Positions 1 to 7,071 are shown, counted from the stretch's first letter. The stretch: DNA of 25,465 nt from a virus (IMGVR_UViG_3300047462_000211), one strand, 5' to 3'. Notes: generated by a model from the letters alone, not told the origin. A program made the numbers and translations.

Positions 1-89
1 GAATGCAAGATTTCATAATTCCTGTTCCTTTTGATGAAACTTCTGGAAATAGAGATATTCAACCAATTAAATATTTAATAGAGAATTAA
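1..89 (+). CDS. 3' end of an upstream gene (partial, ...MQDFIIPVPFDETSGNRDIQPIKYLIEN*)
   Basis: Open frame from base 3 to TAA at 87-89, ending just before the next ATG at 93. Confidence 0.6.
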   Translation, partial: MQDFIIPVPFDETSGNRDIQPIKYLIEN

Positions 90-92
90 TAA

Positions 93-242
93 ATGAAAAT
101 TGAACATAATTTTGTAACGATAGTAGAACATTTACTTATTCGTGATACGGATACTGGTGAAATATTGCTTAATGAAAGACCAAAAAAGGTAAAGCCAGAA
201 CAAGAGATAAATAACTTAAAAGACGGATTTAAAAATGACTGA
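93..242 (+). CDS. 49-aa mini-protein, paralog of the N-terminus of the downstream protein (not in ORF track)
   Basis: MKIEHNFVTIVEHLLIRDTDTGEILLNERPKKVKPEQEINNLKDGFKND*. HLLIRDTDTGEILL matches HVLIRDTDTKEILL in 235..885. Its stop overlaps the start of the next gene. Confidence 0.75.
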   Translation: MKIEHNFVTIVEHLLIRDTDTGEILLNERPKKVKPEQEINNLKDGFKND

Positions 243-885
243 TTTAGATGGTTTTCATGATAGCACAAACTGTAAAATGTTTGGACATGTTTTGATTCGC
301 GATACTGACACAAAAGAAATTTTGCTTGATAAATTCAATGCGATTAATTTTGAAAATATGTCACAAGCATTAGCATTAAGTTTGGCTGACAGGTCTACTG
401 GACATATTTTTTCAATGGTTTTTGGTAATGGTGGTTCAATTGCCAATGCTGTTGGTGATTTGAATTATCTTCCACCAAATGTTACTGGAACAAATGCACA
501 ATTATATAATCAAACATATGCTCAAATCGTTGATGATATGTCACCATTAAATACTTCTCCAACAACTAATTATCTTCGCGTAAATCATACAGCAAATACA
601 ACATATACCGATATCGTAGTAACTTGCACGTTAGGGTATAATGTTCCTGCTGGACAATTGGCATTTGATGATGCGCCAATATCAAACAATACACAAACAA
701 ATGGAACATCAATTACAAGTGGTAATGTTAATGCAACTTATATTTTTGATGAATTGGGTTTGAAGGGATTTAATACCGTTGCTGCAAATCAACCATTACT
801 TTCACATGTAATTTTTCATCCTATACAAAAAGCACTTAATCGTTCTATTGAAATAATATATACAGTTAGAATTTATGTGAGCTAA
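235..885 (+). CDS. Putative virion structural protein (baseplate/tail-associated type)
   Basis: N/T/G-rich, beta-type composition. The C-terminal FDELGL...LLSHVIFHPIQKALNRSIEIIYTVRI resembles, from recollection, jumbo-phage structural proteins. Function is inferred. Confidence 0.5.
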   Translation: MTDLDGFHDSTNCKMFGHVLIRDTDTKEILLDKFNAINFENMSQALALSLADRSTGHIFSMVFGNGGSIANAVGDLNYLPPNVTGTNAQLYNQTYAQIVDDMSPLNTSPTTNYLRVNHTANTTYTDIVVTCTLGYNVPAGQLAFDDAPISNNTQTNGTSITSGNVNATYIFDELGLKGFNTVAANQPLLSHVIFHPIQKALNRSIEIIYTVRIYVS

Positions 886-886
886 T

Positions 887-1420
887 TTGAAATTTTCAGA
901 AATAGAAAATAATGAGTTAACCGAATCAATGTGGTGGGTGCAACGTTGGGTATCTGGTTCTATTAATGACCAAGATTGGGATACATCGTGGCTGACTAAA
1001 ATAAAAGATGTGAAAACAGCTTTTCAAATAGTGCATAAATTTGTTGGAAACAAATATTCAATAAATAAAATTTTGTGGCGTTATATTAAATTATCAAAAA
1101 TTGAAGCTGATAAATTAATATCTTCAAAAATTTTAAATCCTCACAATAATCATCATAGCCCATTTCAAAGTTTTACTACCAATAAATCAGTTGCTTTAAA
1201 TTTACCAGGAGAATTATATATCCAAAATGGAGATACTGATGTTTTAATCAGTGCAAAAATTCCAGAAAATTTAATAATGTTTGGAATGAAAGATTTATTA
1301 ATGTCAAAAAATAATATTGTAAAAGAATATATAGCATCTCTAGATTTGTGGTATGAACAAGATGAAGTAATTGTTTATTTAAAAAATCCAATACAAATAA
1401 TTAGTGCAGAAATTATATAA
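887..1420 (+). CDS. Putative R-S-E class ADP-ribosyltransferase-fold protein (TTG start)
   Basis: LWR65Y, FQS95FTTNKSVA, a strand VLISAKIP and W155-Y-E-Q158-D-E160-VIV occur in the canonical ART order. Confidence 0.6.
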   Translation: MKFSEIENNELTESMWWVQRWVSGSINDQDWDTSWLTKIKDVKTAFQIVHKFVGNKYSINKILWRYIKLSKIEADKLISSKILNPHNNHHSPFQSFTTNKSVALNLPGELYIQNGDTDVLISAKIPENLIMFGMKDLLMSKNNIVKEYIASLDLWYEQDEVIVYLKNPIQIISAEII

Positions 1421-1430
1421 ATAATAAATA
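1415..1430 (+). promoter_or_regulatory. T4-like late promoter motif TATAAATA / ATAAATA
   Basis: tataaataataaata lies upstream of SD aagga and ATG 1451. The leader ATAAATAAGTAAAAGG recurs nearly identically upstream of the gene starting at 17744. Confidence 0.5.
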
Positions 1431-1450
1431 AGTAAAAGGATTTTTTAAAA

Positions 1451-1771
1451 ATGACTGAAATGAAAACTTACATTGAATTAATTGAGAAAGCATTATTTTC
1501 CAAAGAAACTGATGCTGGTCATTTATTGCATCAAATGGAAATAGTTTCCAAAATGATGGACGATGGGCATTATGACGGTCATTTTGAAATCATGGATGTT
1601 GGACCATCAATTCGTCCAATTTTGCGTAGAGAATTAACCAAATTGCAAAACTCAGGTCTCAAATTTGAAGAATTAAAAACAATGTTGCATTCAACATTTA
1701 TTGTTCATTGCGAATTGAATTTAGCACATGCAATCATTGCAGATGTTTTTAAAGCTTTACACGATTCTTAA
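1451..1771 (+). CDS. Hypothetical protein with a T4 internal-protein-like N-terminus (MKTYIELIE)
   Basis: ORF with SD. The N-terminus resembles the T4 IPII/IPIII capsid-targeting sequence MKTYQEFIAE. Confidence 0.75.
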   Translation: MTEMKTYIELIEKALFSKETDAGHLLHQMEIVSKMMDDGHYDGHFEIMDVGPSIRPILRRELTKLQNSGLKFEELKTMLHSTFIVHCELNLAHAIIADVFKALHDS

Positions 1772-1832
1772 ATTGTAAACCAAGGACCAGAAAAAATCAT
1801 TATCATCCCATTTTTTTGGAATTTCTATAACA

Positions 1833-2051
1833 CTATTTATCTTCTTTGACGCAAACCAGTAACCAAACCATATTGAACATTTGCGAATTTTTCTTTTTTC
1901 TTCCTTGAAGAATTCCATAACAAAAAGCATCAGTCAACGCACGTTTTAATTCTTTTGAAATATTTGTTTCAGACCCATTTACAAGTTTACCAACAGGACC
2001 AGAAATCCCTTCAAGAAATTCATGCAATGCAATTCTGTCATCATTGCGCAT
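1833..2051 (-). CDS. Hypothetical protein (72 aa)
   Basis: ATG overlaps the trpS stop (TAATG), consistent with translational coupling. Confidence 0.65.
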   Translation of the reverse strand: MRNDDRIALHEFLEGISGPVGKLVNGSETNISKELKRALTDAFCYGILQGRKKKNSQMFNMVWLLVCVKEDK

Positions 2052-3031
2052 TATAAAAATCCAACAAGTCTTTCTGCTTCAGAAACAATTGGTTCAGAAA
2101 TTTTTTTCATTCTTTGTGCATTTTTAGAAAGCAAATCAAGCAATGAAATTTCATCTTTCAAAATAAGATTTGCTTCTTTGCTAATTGGAATTAATTTCTG
2201 AATCAATATTTCAGTTAAATCCTTTTTAATCATTGAATATTGTTTGCCAGCATATGTTTCAACAACAAATTTTAATTTAATTCCAGTCATACCAGAAAAC
2301 ATCTTTAATAAATTTGCCGCTTCTGGAGAATGCTCAAGAGTATCTTCATTATCAGGCAATGGTTCTGTTGTTGAATATGCGCGTTTCATTTTTGCTGTAA
2401 TAGCTTTTTCGTCATCAGTTAAATTAATTCGATTGAAATCAAATTCATCCGATTTTGACATTTTCTTTGTTGGCTCACGTAAAGCCATTACACGTGCATT
2501 TGTTTCATTGATAATCGGTTTAATGTATGGAAAGAAATCAATTCCATAATCATGATTAAATTTTTCACCAATATCATTTGCAAGATTTAAATGTTGAAGT
2601 TGGTCTTCACCAACAGGAACATGTGTTGCGTGAAATGAAAAAATGTCAGCCGCCATCAGATTTGGATATACATATAATCCAGTTGATGAATTGGCATCTG
2701 ATTTGTCTTTAAACTGGGTCATACGATTCAACCAACCAGTTCGCGCAACACAATTAAATATCCACGCCAATCTTGCATGTGTCGATAATTGTGATTGAAT
2801 ATAAATTTTATGTTCATCAATTCCACATGCCATGAGCAATGCAGCATTCAATAATGTTGCTTTACGCAACATCTCTGGATTTTGATAAACAGTAATTGCA
2901 TGCATGTTCACCAAACAATAAATTTGTTCGGCATCATTATTGTTTTGTAAATCAACCCAATTTTTGATTGCACCCAAATAGTTACCTAAATGAATTACAC
3001 CTGTTGGTTGAATTCCAGAAAATATTCTCAA
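2051..3031 (-). CDS. trpS: Tryptophanyl-tRNA synthetase
   Basis: FSGIQPTG, HLGNYLG (HIGH), YPNLMAADI, VPVGEDQLQHL and KKMSKS motifs; TTG start with SD gagga. Confidence 0.97.
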   Translation of the reverse strand: MRIFSGIQPTGVIHLGNYLGAIKNWVDLQNNNDAEQIYCLVNMHAITVYQNPEMLRKATLLNAALLMACGIDEHKIYIQSQLSTHARLAWIFNCVARTGWLNRMTQFKDKSDANSSTGLYVYPNLMAADIFSFHATHVPVGEDQLQHLNLANDIGEKFNHDYGIDFFPYIKPIINETNARVMALREPTKKMSKSDEFDFNRINLTDDEKAITAKMKRAYSTTEPLPDNEDTLEHSPEAANLLKMFSGMTGIKLKFVVETYAGKQYSMIKKDLTEILIQKLIPISKEANLILKDEISLLDLLSKNAQRMKKISEPIVSEAERLVGFL

Positions 3032-3033
3032 AA

Positions 3034-3204
3034 TTAATAATCCTCTTCGATTGGTTCACTATGAGAATAGTTTGAATCCTCAAAGATTTCTGGACGAAAT
3101 TTTTGTTTTACTTCCGTCTGACATTTATCACAAACATATGCACAGAAAATTCCTCTTGCATCATATAATGGACGTTTGCCATTTGGATGGTCACAACGCA
3201 TCAT
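3034..3204 (-). CDS. 56-aa Cys-rich hypothetical protein (not in ORF track)
   Basis: MMRCDHPNGKRPLYDARGIFCAYVCDKCQTEVKQKFRPEIFEDSNYSHSEPIEEDY*. It has an ATGA overlap with the upstream gene and fills the gap before trpS. Confidence 0.75.
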   Translation of the reverse strand: MMRCDHPNGKRPLYDARGIFCAYVCDKCQTEVKQKFRPEIFEDSNYSHSEPIEEDY

Positions 3205-3449
3205 TGCGCAATTCCTTCTGAATTATATTCTGGAAAATGTTCAGCAACATGAACAGTTCTGCATTCACATGGTTTATTTGCTTGATATGCACAACCCCGA
3301 AATTTCGGAAGATGCCGTTCACATTTTTTCATGATAGCACAAATTTCTATGACATTACCAGAATGCCGTTTGTTCTCTTTAAATAAACGAAAATTTTCTT
3401 TCCGTAAATTCTCATTCTGTAATTTCAAATCTTCAATCAAATTATCCAT
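3201..3449 (-). CDS. Hypothetical protein (N-terminal coiled coil, Cys-rich C-terminus)
   Basis: First gene behind a TTGACA promoter, coupled to the next ORF. Confidence 0.65.
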   Translation of the reverse strand: MDNLIEDLKLQNENLRKENFRLFKENKRHSGNVIEICAIMKKCERHLPKFRGCAYQANKPCECRTVHVAEHFPEYNSEGIAQ

Positions 3450-3455
3450 AATATT

Positions 3456-3483
3456 AACATATCAAATAATATATTTTTGTCAA
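3456..3483 (-). promoter_or_regulatory. Sigma70-like promoter for the trpS operon
   Basis: Minus strand TTGACA-N16-TATGTT. Confidence 0.5.
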
Positions 3484-3499
3484 ATTGAATTTTAGACAA

Positions 3500-3526
3500 G
3501 AAAAAAGGGGGTGCAGAACCCCCTTT
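3500..3526 (-). terminator. Intrinsic terminator
   Basis: 8-bp stem aaaggggg/cccccttt with a 7-nt loop and a T-run on the minus strand. Confidence 0.75.
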
Positions 3527-3735
3527 CCCCCGACACATCGTTCCTGTAAGCCCCCTCACCCTTTTGGTTTGGCGGTCCCAGTTTCCTTCGCAACAGGCGA
3601 ACGATTATTAATCAAGTTGGTTGCGACAACTCTCAAAATTTATCGTCCCTATAACAAACGATGTGTTCTAAAAAAGCAATTGGCACTCGCACCGAACCGT
3701 TTAGTCCAGATATTACGAATACCGCACGCTCCAAT
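3500..3735 (-). ncRNA. Candidate structured non-coding RNA, family unassigned
   Basis: GC-rich intergenic block bounded by its own promoter and terminator. A perfect 10-bp long-range stem (3533-3542 with 3657-3666) encloses several hairpins. Confidence 0.55.
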
Positions 3736-3739
3736 TACT

Positions 3740-3767
3740 TTTATACACTAAATATTTTTTCTGTCAA
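3740..3767 (-). promoter_or_regulatory. Sigma70-like promoter (leftward)
   Basis: Minus strand TTGACA-N16-TATAAA. Confidence 0.6.
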
Positions 3768-3796
3768 GTCTTATGGAAAACAAATAATTAAATAAT

Positions 3797-3824
3797 TTGA
3801 CAGAAATTTTTATTGTGTTATAAT
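3797..3824 (+). promoter_or_regulatory. Sigma70-like promoter (rightward) for the tRNA-like RNA
   Basis: TTGACA-N16-TATAAT with an extended -10 TGn. Confidence 0.75.
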
Positions 3825-3847
3825 CATTTTATGATATCGCAGTACGC

Positions 3848-3955
3848 ATCGTAATAGCCTAGTGGCAGGCACGTAATCGCAGCGGTGATGGTCCAATTTA
3901 AGCAAGCTTTATAAACTTGTGGGATAGCTTGGTTCGAATCCAAGATGCGATATCA
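3848..3955 (+). tRNA. Atypical 108-nt tRNA-like element, anticodon unresolved
   Basis: Canonical U8A9, D arm gcct-agtggc-aggc and T arm cttgg-ttcgaat-ccaag. Acceptor atcgtaa/atgcgat has 6 of 7 pairs. There are 57 nt between the D and T arms, and the 3' end is A-TCA rather than CCA. Confidence 0.55.
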
Positions 3956-4657
3956 TTTCAAAGAATATTTTTTATCAATTAATTTTTGTTTGACTTTAAC
4001 CAACTTATCAATATATCCTAAAGACCTAATATTCTTATAAACAACATTGTCAGTGGAATATTCCCCGCCATTATCTAATCCAACTGTACGAAAGTCATGG
4101 ATTTTTTTCAAAAGAAAATCAATGTGCTCAATTGTTGGACTACTTATAACTTCATCTAAATCTTTTTTTATGTTTTTTGTTTTCTGAGATATGTCAGCAT
4201 CGTTGTAATTGGGATTTTTATCTGACGGAAATTTTAACCATTTTCCATACAATAAACTATAAATTCCATTAGAATCAACACCTTCTGATGCATCTTGAAC
4301 ATATATTTCAGTTGGAACACCATGTATTTTGATAGAATAATAATAACTCCACAGAAATCTTTTAGTGTCACATAAATTTTTTAATATATCCGCATCACGA
4401 TAATTTGAAAAATCTACAATGATGTGTAAATCTAAATCAGATTTCGCGGTATAGTTGTAACCAGCATTTGACCCAGTAATTATAATATCCTGTATTTTCA
4501 AGTCGTTAACACCTAAAAATTTATAGAATAATAAAACTTCCTTCAAAAGTTTTACTCGAATTTGAATATCCAAATCATGTGTTTTTACATCCCAAATCTT
4601 GGGATTTAATTTTTTATGATAGGAATAAGTGTGTCTTTCTGGTAACAGTTTAGTCAT
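3953..4657 (-). CDS. Pol-beta superfamily nucleotidyltransferase
   Basis: IIITGSNAGYNY...SDLDLHIIVD (hG[S]...DxD), with the third acidic residue in PTEIYVQD. Confidence 0.85.
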   Translation of the reverse strand: MTKLLPERHTYSYHKKLNPKIWDVKTHDLDIQIRVKLLKEVLLFYKFLGVNDLKIQDIIITGSNAGYNYTAKSDLDLHIIVDFSNYRDADILKNLCDTKRFLWSYYYSIKIHGVPTEIYVQDASEGVDSNGIYSLLYGKWLKFPSDKNPNYNDADISQKTKNIKKDLDEVISSPTIEHIDFLLKKIHDFRTVGLDNGGEYSTDNVVYKNIRSLGYIDKLVKVKQKLIDKKYSLK

Positions 4658-4662
4658 CTATA

Positions 4663-4669
4663 TATTTAT
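4663..4669 (-). promoter_or_regulatory. Late-type motif ATAAATA, 5 nt upstream of the NTase ATG
   Basis: Minus strand ATAAATA-tatag-ATG with no SD, which could give a leaderless or near-leaderless mRNA. Confidence 0.4.
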
Positions 4670-4733
4670 TCAAGGTTGTATTTAAATGCTATCTAATTGA
4701 TTTTGTTAATAAAAAAATTTGTAAAATTATTTT

Positions 4734-4762
4734 TTGACATTTAAAAGTTCTCTATTTACTTT
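4734..4762 (+). promoter_or_regulatory. Sigma70-like promoter for the 342-aa gene
   Basis: TTGACA-N17-TACTTT. Confidence 0.45.
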
Positions 4763-4854
4763 TTTTATTAATAGTTGTAATTAAAATTATCAGTCCTAAG
4801 TTCGTGATGGTCACGAATTGGCTGGCTAATTTCTGAAAAAGGATTTTTGTTATT

Positions 4855-5883
4855 ATGAAGAAAAACTTTGCTTTGACCCTGAACTCGGCTGCGCGTTCCC
4901 TGCTTTTTTCCAACAGCCAAACAGCACTTCGTATCCAGCGCGATGGTGCTCTCGCCATCAAGTCTGGCATCAATCCGAACGCCAAGGATGCCATCGGCGT
5001 TGAAGTGCCCGAAAAAGGCGCTCTTGTCGCAAATATCACTGGCACGGATGCTGGCAATCTTGCCAAGGCTTTCAAGAAACTCGGTTACGAAAAGTCGCCC
5101 TATTTTACGCTGAATCGCGGGACTGGCGGCTGGTATGAACTCCAAAACGTTGAAGCAACCAAAATGCCGGGTGTGGCATGTGTGAAGGTGGAAATCCCCG
5201 ATAACGTGGATGAAATCGTGGCGGCGGCTTCCGTTGTGAAGAAACGCGGTCCAAAGCCGGGTTCGAAGCGTGCACCAAAAGCCGCCAAGACTGCCAAGAA
5301 AACTGGCAAGAAAACCAAGATTGAAGCATCTGAATTCCAGGACGAGGATTTTCAAGGTTATGAGCGCCGGTTGTTTGACGCAGCAACCATCATTGCGGCA
5401 TCAACTGGTCAGGCGGGTCGCCCGTCAAGCGAATTGGTTGCTGCCAAGGCAACATTGCTTCGCGCCGAAACGCTGTTCAATAAATTCATGGGCGGCACAA
5501 GCTTGAATGTCATTGCTGAAAAAATGACTGAAGGCTTGAAACTGATTTCGGAAAGCTTCGAACTGATTTCGGCGGTTGCTGCCCATCAGGAAAATCTTTC
5601 GATTATCGCCAATTCGATTGTCGAGAGTGAAATCCAGCAGGAAGCGGCACAAAGCGAAATCACCCAAGAAATCGGTGATGAAGAGGCGGAAGCTGCTGCC
5701 GCGCAATGGTTGAAACCAACGGCGGAAGATGGAGCAACAACTGGTGAAACAACTGACGGCGGCGAATCAATGGAAATTTCGGAAACCGTTGATGAAACCG
5801 AAGTTAAGGAACCAGAAGCAGAAACGGCAAAATCTTCGCCGTCCCGCTCACGTTCGAATCGGCGCATTCCAGAAGCAGCGTAA
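4855..5883 (+). CDS. GC-rich hypothetical protein with an AT-hook-like/Lys-Ala segment and an acidic tail (putative DNA-binding)
   Basis: Contains KKRGPKPGSKRAPKAAKTAKKTGKKTK, a helical middle and an E/T-rich tail. Has SD, promoter and terminator. G+C is 32/60 at 4981-5040. Confidence 0.85.
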   Translation: MKKNFALTLNSAARSLLFSNSQTALRIQRDGALAIKSGINPNAKDAIGVEVPEKGALVANITGTDAGNLAKAFKKLGYEKSPYFTLNRGTGGWYELQNVEATKMPGVACVKVEIPDNVDEIVAAASVVKKRGPKPGSKRAPKAAKTAKKTGKKTKIEASEFQDEDFQGYERRLFDAATIIAASTGQAGRPSSELVAAKATLLRAETLFNKFMGGTSLNVIAEKMTEGLKLISESFELISAVAAHQENLSIIANSIVESEIQQEAAQSEITQEIGDEEAEAAAAQWLKPTAEDGATTGETTDGGESMEISETVDETEVKEPEAETAKSSPSRSRSNRRIPEAA

Positions 5884-5901
5884 AACCTTGATAAAAGGTT
5901 T

Positions 5902-5936
5902 TGAAAATAGGGGGCAATTTGCCCCCTATTTTTTTG
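5902..5936 (+). terminator. Intrinsic terminator
   Basis: aaaatagggggc-aattt-gccccctatttttttt. Confidence 0.9.
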
Positions 5937-5966
5937 TTGACAATTTATAATTGTTTTGATATAAAT
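5937..5966 (+). promoter_or_regulatory. tmRNA promoter, with sigma70-like and overlapping late-type motifs
   Basis: TTGACA-N17-TATAAA, where the -10 region also reads TATAAATA. Confidence 0.6.
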
Positions 5967-5971
5967 AAATC

Positions 5972-6218
5972 TTGACGTTGAAATTAGGAAATAGACAGGA
6001 TATACTTGGAATGCAAAATCCAACATCTCCACCAATTTCTATCACTTTGGGGATGAAATAGTCTCGCTATCGGTTGAAGGACTAATGGAGTCAAGGGTAA
6101 GATACGACCCAAAATTTGTTCGAATTTTAAATGCCAACGACAACGTTGCATTCGATAAAGTGGCAATCGCCGCCTAAAATCGATGAGTTTGGTCAGCTTT
6201 GAAACAGAAATGACTTGG
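5972..6218 (+). ncRNA. ssrA: Circularly permuted (two-piece) tmRNA, tag ANDNVAFDKVAIAA
   Basis: T-arm and CATCTCC-A-CCA end at 6034, then a 14-nt intervening segment, then GGGGATG at 6049. The acceptor stem has G3.U70. The tag reading frame gcc aac gac aac...gcc gcc taa spans 6133-6177. Outer ends are approximate. Confidence 0.92.
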
Positions 6219-6245
6219 AAAGAGAGCCAAAAGGCTCTCTTTTTA
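6219..6245 (+). terminator. Intrinsic terminator of tmRNA
   Basis: aaagagagcc-aaaa-ggctctcttttt. Confidence 0.9.
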
Positions 6246-6296
6246 TTTTGACAAGAATTCAATATAAGTATATTCGTTTTTGCATAACACAGGAGC

Positions 6297-6539
6297 ATGA
6301 GCATGCTATTGGACAACAAAATTGAAGCATTGAAAAAAATTGTTCCTGACAATCAAAACAATCCAGAATATACAAAAAAAAATTCTGAAATTTTGATTAG
6401 TACAATTGAAATGGCAGAAGCTTTGAATCAAAGAGATGACACAAAATATCGTCATTTATGTAAAGAAAATGTAGCAGATAGAGAAAATCCAGGCAAATAT
6501 AAAATTTGCAATTTCGGTTTCATTTTTCATTTACCTTGA
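6297..6539 (+). CDS. Hypothetical protein (80 aa)
   Basis: SD AGGAG directly upstream and TTGACA at 6248. Confidence 0.7.
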   Translation: MSMLLDNKIEALKKIVPDNQNNPEYTKKNSEILISTIEMAEALNQRDDTKYRHLCKENVADRENPGKYKICNFGFIFHLP

Positions 6540-6575
6540 AAATCTTATAACACTTAAAATAAATGAATATTTGAA

Positions 6576-7037
6576 ATGATGTGTTTTCATTTTCCAGAAT
6601 TAAGAAAATATATATGGTTTTATCACGTTGATAAACAAGATTTTGAAGATGTTTCTTTGAATGAATGTTTCAAAGAAATGCAAAATATATTCAGCAATAA
6701 ATTACAAATTTCACTTGGTGACGATTATGTTTGCATATCCATGAGTAAACGATATGTCGCAAATTTTATTCTTCTTTACAAAAACGATTCTCGTTTACTA
6801 ATGTCAATTAATAAAAAGAAAAATTTCATATCGTTTATGTTTAAAAGCGGGCGCGCTTCAGATATAGATGAATTGTGGAAAATGAGGATTAAAGCAATTG
6901 AAAATATTTTATATAAAAAGGCAATATATTACCCATTTAAAAAAACAAAATCGTTAGATGATGTTCCAGCATACAAATTATATTTTGATATAGATAAAAA
7001 TGGTATTTACAGAAGAAATAAAAACGTATCCTCTTGA
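6576..7037 (+). CDS. Hypothetical protein (153 aa)
   Basis: Long ORF co-oriented with its neighbours; no recognisable motif. Confidence 0.7.
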   Translation: MMCFHFPELRKYIWFYHVDKQDFEDVSLNECFKEMQNIFSNKLQISLGDDYVCISMSKRYVANFILLYKNDSRLLMSINKKKNFISFMFKSGRASDIDELWKMRIKAIENILYKKAIYYPFKKTKSLDDVPAYKLYFDIDKNGIYRRNKNVSS

Positions 7038-7071
7038 CAAAAAATAAATTTTAACTGTACCATACAACAGA

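Noticed and set aside
3530-3735. Assigning the structured RNA to SRP, RNase P, or a group I/II intron
   Set aside because: GAAGGAA lacks the SRP UCC-GGAA-GGA loop. GGGGGCUUAC has no upstream AAGUCCCCC P4 partner and there is no GAGGAAAGUCC. GACUAAACGG and gagc...acggttc are isolated partial matches, and no host gene is interrupted.
3485-3751. 88-aa plus-strand ORF
   Set aside because: It runs through a terminator hairpin and an inverted-repeat-rich block, has a TTG start with no SD, and the promoter and terminator point the other way.
3902-3920. Ochre (UUA) suppressor anticodon in ctttataaa
   Set aside because: The stem register favours UAU if anything, the arm is not in a canonical position, and TAA is used as a normal stop throughout.
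4752-6035. Multiple overlapping ORFs (4752, 4768, 5100, 5105, 5270, 5425, 5586, 5729)
   Set aside because: These are shadow frames expected from the high G+C of 4855..5883. Only that ORF has SD, promoter and terminator.
5984-6352. 122-aa minus-strand ORF
   Set aside because: It is antisense to the tmRNA and crosses its terminator.
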